Shown here: piece by piece, positions 24,261 through 33,717 of the stretch
How positions within the stretch are numbered: position 1 is the first letter of the stretch
How the letters are laid out: each line of letters starts with the position of its first letter
Assembly (NCBI RefSeq): GCF_006345805.1
Contig: NW_021831989.1
Coordinates: 62,001-126,000, forward strand
Origin: Octopus sinensis
Lineage: Eukaryota
DNA: 64,000 nt
Direction of reading: 5' to 3'
Position numbers and translations under genes: made by a program
Notes under the pieces: generated by a model
The model's input: the letters and a program-made list of their open reading frames with translations, nothing else
Database searches by the model: none
What the model was told of the DNA's origin: nothing

Positions 24261-25866
24261 TTATTTTTTGTATTAATTTTTGTAATAAATTTTTTGACTT
24301 GTCCTTGTCTGGGTAGCTCTGGGGCTGTGCAGACAATATATTTCCTTGGAAAATGGTGCATGAGCCAATTCTATTTCTCAATAAAATTTTATGGGCTTAG
24401 TCCGATTCGTGGTCCGAGGGAAAATGGTCTCCAAAAATTCGATGAAAGTTACTAGAAATTGCATACTTTGGCGAATTTAAGAATAGGTCAAGAAAAAGAA
24501 GCGAAATACATATATTTTTTATCTTAATTGATTGTCAAAAAAAATTGGATTTGTAATAAATCGACTTTTTTTAAAAATAAATTATAATTTAATTTTCTTA
24601 CATCATTCTTGGTAACATTAGAATTATTTTTTTAATTTTTAAAATTATTTGTGCCTTTTAGAATTTAATTTTAAAGCAGAATTTAAAATTTGCTGGACAA
24701 AAAAAATTGGATTTTTTTGTTTTTGAACTGATCTCGTATAAATGAAGCGTAATTCAAAAATCCATTTATCTGATTTTACAAAAGGAGTAATAATTGGCCA
24801 TTACTCTTCAGGAAAAACAATTGAAGAGATATCTAAAATACTGAAAATTGCCAGATCGACCGTGGAATTTTTGACAAGAAAATTTTCCAAAGAAGGCACC
24901 ACTACGCGAAAAATTGGATCTGGACGTTTACCGAAATTCTCTTCAGATCAAAAAAACACAATACAATTAATCTCAAGAGATGAACCCTCAATTTCTGCTG
25001 CGTCTCTTTCTGAGATAACAAAAACTTAATTTAATGTGGAGGTATTTTCCAGAACAATTGGTCGTATACTAAATTCATTTGGATTACATGCCCGAGTTGC
25101 AAAACACAAACCTCTTTTAACATCAAAAAACATCGAATTCAGATGGTTAATTGCGAAAAAGTTTTTAGCCATATCTGACGAAGAATGGAAGAAAGTCATG
25201 TTCTTCTATGAGTCATGTTTTGAGGTCTATATCAGCAAAATAAGGATCTATAACAGCAAAAAAACGGTACTGCCTATGAAAAGTCCAATATCGTACCTAC
25301 TGTTGAGTATGGTGGAGGAAAGTTAATGGTTTGGAGATGTTTCTCATATGAAGGCGTCGGTAATCTTGTTATTATAAATGGAAAAATGAACAGTGCTTAT
25401 TATTTAAACATTTTGTCAAATAATCTGGAGCAATCAGCTTTAAAAAAGAGGTTAAACTCATGTATTTTTTGTCGTAAGTTATAATGTCTAGGCCCGTTCT
25501 AAGTGTCCGGAGTGATAAATCGGATTTATCACTCCAAATCATCTAAATTCTTTGTTTAAGACCTGAAATTCTTAATGATTACTTTTGTTAATTCAATAAT
25601 TTTTTAAATTATTAAAATTTGAAAAAAGTAACTCAGTTAACAAGAACGCGGAAATTAAACAAAGAAATTTTCATCAATCAGGTGATTGAGCGTCATAGTA
25701 ACGAACATAAAAATGTCTCGTATAATATAAATTCAGTTTTCAACAGAGTCTGTATTCAACCGCTACAGATTCTGTGCATATTCTCCTTTGCTATTGATGT
25801 GTATCGAGCGCACCATGAACAGTTTAAAAAACGTGAAACTGTTAAATAAAAATTTAAACTTTTTAA

Positions 25867-26637
25867 TATAAAAATCCGGAAAAAAATATAGACACCAAGA
25901 CAATAGCAGACGTGGACTATGACGAATTTTCCTCATATTTTGAAGGATTAGTCACTCCAAAAGTCATAATTACCACTCAGCGTAAAAAAGTCGAACGAGT
26001 TTCACCATTTTGTTCTCAATTGGCCCGGATTGTTCCAAATTCTGTCCTCATGGTAAGACGGAGGATGTCGATCGACAAATTAACCCAACAAGCAATCGCC
26101 CACAACTTCACAGTCATTATTGTGGTCAACCAAGATAGAAAAACTCCAAGTATTGTGACCTGAGTATTCTTTTAAAAGATGGGATGATCATTTCTCACCT
26201 ACCGGACGGCCCTACTGCGAGATTTAGACTTTCTGGAGTTACTTTGCGCGGGAAAATCAAAAATCGAGCTAAAATGGGCGATGGTTGTCCAGAGATTTTG
26301 GTTTCAAATTTTACTACCAGGCTGGGGACAACGATCAGCCGACTTTTTTGTGCAATTTTTAATCAAAGTCCGGATTTCCGAAAACGACGTGTTGTCACGT
26401 TTAGAAATCAGCGAGATTTTATATTTTTTAGACAACATCGGTTTTAAGTTGTATTTGGATTGTAGATATGTGTTTTTGGATAAAGAGAGAGTGGCTTTGC
26501 AGGAAGTCGGTCCACGTTTTACGTTGAAATTGAGGTCTTTACAGAAAGGGTTGTTGGGGACAACTTCTACGGAATATATTTGGTTTTTTAAACGTCATCA
26601 AATGGAAACTGGGCAAAGAAAGCGTTTTTATTTGTGA
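25867..26637 (+). CDS. RPF1: Ribosome production factor 1 (Brix domain); 5' end missing or unresolved; inside the Pack element
   Basis: DEFSSYF..PKVIITT..VPNS..RR..DRKTPN|GMIISHLPDGPTARF..NFTTRLG..FRNQRDFIFFRQHR|YVF..LQEVGPRFTLKLRSLQKG..RKRFYL*. GT-AG introns 26150-26178 and 26441-26465. No upstream ATG found. Confidence 0.9.
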
Positions 26638-26730
26638 TTTTTTAATTCAATTATAATTAAATTTTTGTTGTTGTGGCTGTACAAATCTCTACTGTTAGCA
26701 TAACATTGATTGCAGACTTTCTATTTAATT

Positions 26731-26855
26731 GCCTCCTCGAACCGGTCGGACTCGATCGGGGAGATGGCAAAAGGCCTGACGGGATGACAATATTCCCGTA
26801 CTCGTCGGGGAAGGCCCTCGTATGGGATGTTACCGTTGTGGATACCTTTTCAAAA
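26731..26855 (+). mobile_element. CRE endonuclease-domain fragment inside the Pack element
   Basis: LLEPVGLDRGDGKRPDGMTIFPYSSGKALVWDVTVVDTFS closely matches the family A RLE. Confidence 0.85.
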
Positions 26856-27539
26856 TCGATGCGGGTACATTTTACCAATAATTTCATCCGTATCCCCGTA
26901 TAGGACGTTATTTAACCAAAATTAGGCGACACAAATAAAATTTATTCCCAAAATCATAATGACTTGGAGTGATAAATCCGATTTATCACTCCGGACACTT
27001 AGAACTGGCCCGGACGCTATAACTTACGACATTTTTTAACAAGATAATGCTCCATGCCACAGTTCTCGAAAAGTTAAAGAATTTATATGCGATAGAAAAT
27101 ATAAAATTCTTGATTGGCCGTCTCAATCACCTGACCTTGATCTAATTGAGCATGTTTGGGCAATGATGAAGAGAAAATTATTGCAAAAACCGCCGAAAAA
27201 CTTGAAAGATTTTGAGACAAAATTACCTAGAAAATTTAGTTATATCAATGAAAAAAAGAAGTTTGGAAGTTTATGAAGCACGTGGAGGGATATCAACTTA
27301 TTAAATTTTAATTTGTTTCATTAAAATAAAAAAATCCAATTTTTTTTGTCCGGCAAATTTTTAATTCTGTTTTAAAATTAAATTCTAAAAGCCAAAAATA
27401 ATTTTAAAAATTAAAAAAATAATTCTAATTTTGCCAAGAATGATGTAAGAAAATTGAATTATAATTTATTTTTAAAAAAAGTCGATTTATTACAAATCCA
27501 ATTTTTTTTGTCAGGTACTGTATGTGCGTATTCTCTCAC

Positions 27540-27900
27540 TTATTTAAGCAAACGTGCATGTTTTAGGAATTTTTGAGTTAAAAGTCCATCCCACGTTACT
27601 AAAATAAATACTGTTTTCACTCTTGCATTATTGATTAATTTCGGCTCTTTCGATAAAAGGTTGTATTTTATTATTTGTTTAATATCCACTCGCTGCCAAT
27701 TTTGGCAAGATGTTATCGCAACTTTAACCAAAAAACTTAGTTCATTACCTTGTCGGGCTTGTTATGTTCCAAAACGATGCCAGTCTCTGTAAATGTGTTG
27801 ACTTTGATTTCGACCTTCACATTCGCAGATACAGATTCTACCAAATGTGAGCTTTTTATCATTCTTGAATTCAAATTATCGACACGAATAATTCGAACAT
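27540..27900 (-). mobile_element. R4/Dong-like endonuclease fragment
   Basis: VESVSANVKVEIKVNTFTET.IVLEHNKPD; KYNLLSKE..ILVTWDGL. Confidence 0.65.
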
Positions 27901-28505
27901 GTTAACTCCATTCAGTTTTGTATTTGCCCACCTTTCAATCCGCGTCATTACTACTCCAAAAATGATGTCTGGTTTTTTGACTTTTCAAGTTAAACTTTAA
28001 GTACTTCAGATACTTATATCTATCAATTTCGTCAAGAACTTTGCTGATAACAAACAATGCAAAATTCTTAGCTAACTTTTCCAGATTTTTCTTGAACCCA
28101 GCTGCGCAAAAATAAAAATTATGACTACTTTATCATCAATATTTTATTCTAAATGCAATTTTTTGTAGTCAAATTATTGTTATAATTGCTAAGATCAAAC
28201 TAAGAGTAATTCTAATCTTTAAATCAATCAAAAAATATTAGCCGTAAGCTTATCCGGATTATTTGTGAAATGTGTAATGACGAAATCCAAATAAATAAAA
28301 AATTAATTTTTCATCATGTCATAAAATACTACCCATTAAGTAAAATTATAAAACGACAAAATTTTGAACTTTGATGAAAAACATCAAAAAATGAAGTTAG
28401 ATATGCTGTTCAACTGACAAATATTTCCACACAATAAAAATTAGTTAATTTCATTGGATTATTTGTTAATTTTGTTATCAAAATAATTTCATTAAAAGTG
28501 TTTAG

Positions 28506-29086
28506 CTAGTATTCGTAGAAGCCACCGTCAACTTTCCTTTTGTATCCTCCATTCGTGGACTGAATATGAGGACATTCTATCGGATCGTGACAATAAACAA
28601 ACCAATTCCTTTCTTTACGCTGAAAAAGTTTTCTTTATATGGAATTTGTTGAATGACGAGTGGATGGTTCATCGGAAGTTTTACGGGGGGAGTAATTTTA
28701 ATCCTGTTTTTGAGCAAGCGTCTGTTAAACTTAACGTAACTATCAATGCCCATGATCATCCGAAATGGTCTCTTTTTGGACGACAGTCTCACTTCTCTGA
28801 AATCCGAAAGAAGTATGATTGTCATAAACTGCTTTTAAAACAAAATCCAAGTCATCATTCGAAGCCAATGGGTCAAAGTATTCGACATTTCTACGAGCAG
28901 AAGAAAGAGTATTGGTCGAATAGAGGCGTTTCCAGGGCTTCTGTCGTTGAGCCAAATAAACACACCCAGTGGGAACTTTCTAATCCAAATGAATCAAAAT
29001 AATTCAACAGTCTCTGGTTTGGGGATTTTCGTAAAATCATTATCATTTTCAAACTTGGCAGCTGGATAGGGATCACGACCTACCAT
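28506..29086 (-). CDS. CFAP276: Cilia- and flagella-associated protein 276 (C1orf194)
   Basis: MVGRDPYP..FENDND|..LAQRQKPWKRLYST.TLSSARR..YFDP..DDLDF.L.A.Y..|..STNGGYKRKVDGGFYEY* matches C1orf194 hallmarks; three micro-introns, one GC-AG. Confidence 0.88.
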
Positions 29087-29182
29087 AATGACAGTCTCCT
29101 GGAAACAATTTACTAACTTAAACAAAATGAAAAAAAGAATACAAATTAGAGTTAATCAAATTAATAAAGCTAAAATTCACAA

Positions 29183-31108
29183 TCAATTGATACGTCCACG
29201 TCTTGTTAAGAACGATTCCTGAATTTCCTTCACCAACATAATTCTCCTTAGCATTTTATCAATATCTTTTGAGTTCATCATTTCCGCGAAAAAACAGTCA
29301 TTCCCCGGCTTTAGATAAAACATATCCCCACGATTCCTCATTCCGGGAGGACTACTCAAATAAAGATACTCCACAACTACCATTTGTTCAAATAATAGTC
29401 ATAAATACGAACTGGACACCGAGAAGTGTTAGCAGTATTCTCAGGCTGTTCCAAAACCTCATCTCCTCTATACATGTTATCCTCTAGAAATATAAATCAC
29501 AAACAACCAGATGGTTTGGGATAATAACACAAACATAATTGACGAGTTGGTTGTCCTCCATACACAGTGTTGTCCCTGAAGGAAGACGGAGGCAGAATCC
29601 GTCGTGATTGTTTGATAATATTAGAAAAAGACAGCGACATGTGATCATTCACTGTACCCAAATAAAAATATTTTGTATTAAAATAAAGAATTGTGTTGAG
29701 GACAACATGTGGGGAATGTGTCCCCAATTGTTTAGTGTCCCACAAATGATCTTCCTGAATTCTACAGACCAACTGGCCTACCAATAAAGCGCTTATTTAC
29801 ACCATTATCATTCAATCTCGGGTCCCAACGTCTGAGGATTGAATCCAACAAGTCCGTAAATGTCTTATAATCTCCCAAATCAGCAAATATGTTGTCAGGC
29901 CGTCCATAGTGTTGGATATACTGCTGAATGCCTCACCACTAACACAAACAACCCATACCAAGACAGAGATAATAAACACTGTCGGGGGCATAATGTTCCC
30001 CAGATGGCTTACGAATATCCCTCAAGAATTGGCAGAGTCCTTCATTCACTTGTGGAGGAGTACTGTACAACAAATCAGGAGAAGAAGCCCCAGAATGATA
30101 CCTACAGTCAGGAATGACAGTACATTCTATCCAATCGGTTATTAAGCCAATTATTCCAGGCATTCACTCCATATGACCTCTTCAGTACATTCGATCCTGA
30201 CACAAGTCGTTCTTCCGTCTCAGTGAGTGAACGGAATCGCTCAGAAGTGTTTTTTTTAACATCAGTAAATACAAAAGGGACGGGGACCAGGACAGGAAAC
30301 AGAAATGTCTCAGGCACCTTCTCCTGATATAGTCCCAGTGGGATTGGTTGGTGGTAAGGAATCGGAATTGGCACAACTACCCTCTCCAAAGAGTCGAAAT
30401 CAAGTTCTTAAATAATTGTCCCTTTAAACCTGTCTGGACTGAAACGCCAATTCCAGAACTGACCGAATTGACCCCTTTCGAAGTCATTGAACACTCATAT
30501 TGGACTTGTCTATGTTTAGACTGCACATTATCCACTCTAGTCTACACAATATATACAAAATATACATTTTTTGCACGAGATCGAGTGCCGGGTGGACGAC
30601 CGACTTTCCCTCTGCCACGACCTGTCCCATTTGCAGTCCACAAACAGGATTCTGAGCAATAATAAGTGTCCTTTCCTCTCTGAATCATATTCCTGCAGTT
30701 TCCCCTACTCCCACAACTTTTATGACCATGTTTTTACAACTAGTGGCACTTTGAAGTCTTTCTATTGGCAATTTTGTAAATAGACAGACAGTCCTGAGTG
30801 CAGAATAGCAATTCTCCCTCCCCGCTATTCAGAGAGGGGTAACTCCCAGGAGAAATAAGCGACAAAGAACATTGTGCACAAAATATATCTGGTTGGTTGT
30901 TCAATTTCAGTCGTTTGTTAGCAGACTAGGCTAAATTGGGTAGAAATAAAACATTTTTGGGTATGTAGTCTGCGGGAGAACGACGAAAGGTTTGGAGACA
31001 CTCGTTACTGCAGAGGACACGAGTTTCCCCTTCGAAAAGGATGTTGAATTGTGATTTGAATGTTTGGTATCGACACACGAGACATGAATAATGTTCTATT
31101 GAATCCAT
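29183..31108 (-). CDS. ZMYM: MYM-type zinc finger protein (ZMYM2/3/4 / WOC family), compact
   Basis: N-terminal C..C..(L/Y)CS..C fingers, VVVPIPIP, LKRSYGVNAWNNW, GEHYAPDSVYYLCLG, EDHLWDTKQLGTHSP.V.LNT..YFNTKYF, RCPVRIYDYYL (DUF3504 region). Confidence 0.9.
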
Positions 31109-31686
31109 TTAATTTCTAAAAAATTATAAATAATGTCATATATATTAATTAAGTAAAAAAAGCAATTAAAATTATATTAAAATTAATATTCTTGTTATAA
31201 ATTAATTTAATAAACGACACAACTACTAACACAATGTTAACTTCATCTTATAAATATTAATTATATCTATTTATTTATAATTTTTTAATAAATTTAATTA
31301 AATGTAACTTTTAAGAAATATATAAATTTATAAATTATAATAGCTATCGTTAACTTCACGTGTTATTTTTCCCCCAACTAGGTTCGATGAAAAACTTTTT
31401 AGCACCTATAGTTCGTCTAGAATTTTGTGTGTCTTTCCTAGAAGTAGTTTATATTCCTTTATATGGAAATAAAGTAGGCCATGCCACCCACGAATATTTC
31501 ACAAACCGAATCTGTTTTAAAAATATGATTCTGAGGACTTATTTCATTCACAATCTACCTAGTCGTATTGTTGCCTATAAACAACTCAATTCGCGAAATA
31601 TAAAAAAGTTTTCAGTAGTTTCTAAAGAGGATATTCACTTGTAGTTAAAAATCTATTCAGAAATAAAGAGAAATCAAAAACACTAG

Positions 31687-33339
31687 TTAGGAAGGCCCAA
31701 GCATTTGTTCAGGCTTGACAAACCTGTCAAACTCAGACTCAGTTAATATTCCCAATTCTACTGCTGACTCCTTTAAATTAATTCCTTTAGAATGAGCATT
31801 CTTTGCGATCTTAGCTGCCTTGTCGTAGCCAATATGAGGGTTAAGAGCAGTCACAAGCATTAGGGAATTGTCTAAATTACGTTTAATATTTTCCCGATTA
31901 GCAGTTAAGCCAGAAACACAGTTGGTAGTGAAGGATACACAACAGTCAGCTATCAAATAAATACAGAAAAGTTACCAATTAGTGAAATAGACTGAAGAAC
32001 GTTGGAAACAATCATCGGTTTGAACACATTCAGTTGCAAATGGCCACAACTGCCTCCAAAAGTAACAGCCACGTTATTCCCCATGACTTGTGCTGCCACC
32101 ATAGTCATGGCCTCACACTGGGTTGGATTTACTTTGCCTGTTTATTGATAGACAACAGTCGACCTGGCATTATTGATGATCCTGGCTCGTTTTCAGGCAA
32201 ACTTAGTTCTCCCAGTCCACAACGGGGACCGGATCCTAAAAGTCTCAAATCATTCGCAATCTTCATTAGACTGCATGAAATTGTGTTGAGAGCTCCATGT
32301 GTCTCCACCATAGCGTCATGAGCAGCGAGTCCTTCAAATTTATTCTCCCCGCTGATAAAATCAAGCTCTACGAATAATTGAGGTTTGAAACTAGTTTCAA
32401 GCGATATCTGACGGGCTACTTTCTGGGCAAATCCTTTGGTTGTGTTAAGTCCCGTACCAACCGCAGTTCCACCTTAAAATTAAACGTTGCTAAACTATCA
32501 ACCAATAGCGAGTTGTAGCAGTCTAGGCATTGTATCCTGAATTCTTAAAATAGAATTATTAATCTGATGTGCATAGGCTCCAAATTCTTGTCCAAGAGTG
32601 AGAGGTACTGCGTCCTAAAGTATAAAAAGGGTTCTCAACAAGCCTGAAGATGAGTCCTGCCTATTTTTATTATGTCTTTAAACTCATCGGCTTTTCTTCG
32701 AAGAGAGTCCATTAACATTTCAAGTGCTGGAATCAATTTACGGTTAAGTTCCAAGGCAACCGCAATATGCATGGCAGTAGGAAACGTGTCGTTAGAACTC
32801 TAACAACAAATCCATATTTTATACTTGTCCCATGTTAACGTGATCATTCGGGTGGACTGGATTTTTAGACCCGATCTTTCCACCAAGTCTCTCAATCGCC
32901 AAATTCGAAATGACCTCATTCACATTCATATTTGTTTGTGTCCCTGATCCTGTCTGCCATATAACAAGAGGAAAATTAGCCCAGTCGACTTTATTTTCAA
33001 GAATCTGACACAAATGATGCCATTAGTATACCGAGTCAGATGCCTGAACGATGGCTTCGGCCAATTCTGATTTTAAACCGTAGTCAATATTCACAAGAGC
33101 AGCACATTTTTTGAGAATTGCAAAAGCAGAAATTATGGGTTGCTTTAAGAGTTATTTTTAAAGAAAACAGGCATTCTTTCAGATTTTCCACCAATATTAA
33201 AGTTGATAAGAGATCGGGCAGTGTTTGCTCCGTAGTATAAATTATCGGGAACTTTGATCTCGCCGAAAGAATCTGTTTCCTTTCGATACGTCGACATGTA
33301 GCGTAGATTGCTACGTCTAACTACATGAATGAATCTCAT
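31687..33339 (-). CDS. FH: Fumarate hydratase, class II, with mitochondrial-type presequence
   Basis: Fully reconstructable with 8 introns of 24-30 nt: [37 protein letters not shown]|[11 protein letters not shown]|[21 protein letters not shown]. Confidence 0.97.
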
Positions 33340-33717
33340 CGTTAATGACCAGGACTATTTTTAAAATATTTAAAATTATAATTTTGTTCTTAAAATTTAC
33401 AAATACGATTTTAATTAAATCCCAAAAGGAAAAGTATGGTATTACAATTTCCGACGTCAAGAATAAATAATCAAAAGGGAGTGAAAGATTTTGTTTGAAA
33501 GAATAAATAATGTTTAATACTTTCCTGAGTGTTCCAGGTGATTTCTGTACATCAAATTGAACATTAAAAATGACAGTATCGATGCTATTTTTATTTCTCA
33601 CTATTTTATTTTTGTTTATATTGAAGTTATCTATTCCATTTTTAAGTTGATTGAGTTGATGTTGAATTTGTATAGAAGTTGATTTATTTTTTTGTTAGTA
33701 TTGTTAAAGTAAAATTG

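Larger units (their letters stand above)
25470..27031. mobile_element. Non-autonomous TIR element carrying host DNA (Pack-type; Ginger2-like ends)
   Basis: 73-bp TIRs (25470-25542 and 26959-27031, 6 mismatches), TGTCG..CGACA ends, TTTTT 5-bp TSD. Removing it restores the Tc1 frame C-I-F-*-Q-D-N-A-P-C-H. Confidence 0.92.
24533..27520 (+). mobile_element. Tc1-family (DD34E) transposon with ~190-bp IR/DR-type TIRs, decayed and split by a 1.56-kb insertion
   Basis: Transposase from ATG 24742 (HTH, GSGRLPK, KPLL, W..VMF.ES, MVW.CFS..GVG.L) resumes after the insertion as QDNAPCH..(34)..SPDLDLIEHVW. TIRs ~24533-24720 and ~27330-27520, each with two caaaaaaaattggattt repeats. Right end ..tcaggtactg|TA; left tip eroded. 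Confidence 0.92.

Noticed and set aside
25464-27037. Reading the Pack element as GTCG..CGAC with a 7-bp TSD (ATTTTTT), i.e. MULE-like
   Set aside because: Equally compatible with the sequence, but the TIR match extends to TGT..ACA, and the resulting 5-bp TSD matches the Ginger2 element in this window. Kept only as an alternative.
29183-30200. Active Crypton / tyrosine recombinase element
   Set aside because: It is the DUF3504 region of an intron-containing ZMYM host gene.
32020-32050. GHLQLN instead of GHFELN in fumarase as loss of function
   Set aside because: The Q variant occurs in other class II fumarases, and the catalytic His, SSIMPGKVNP and downstream Glu are intact.
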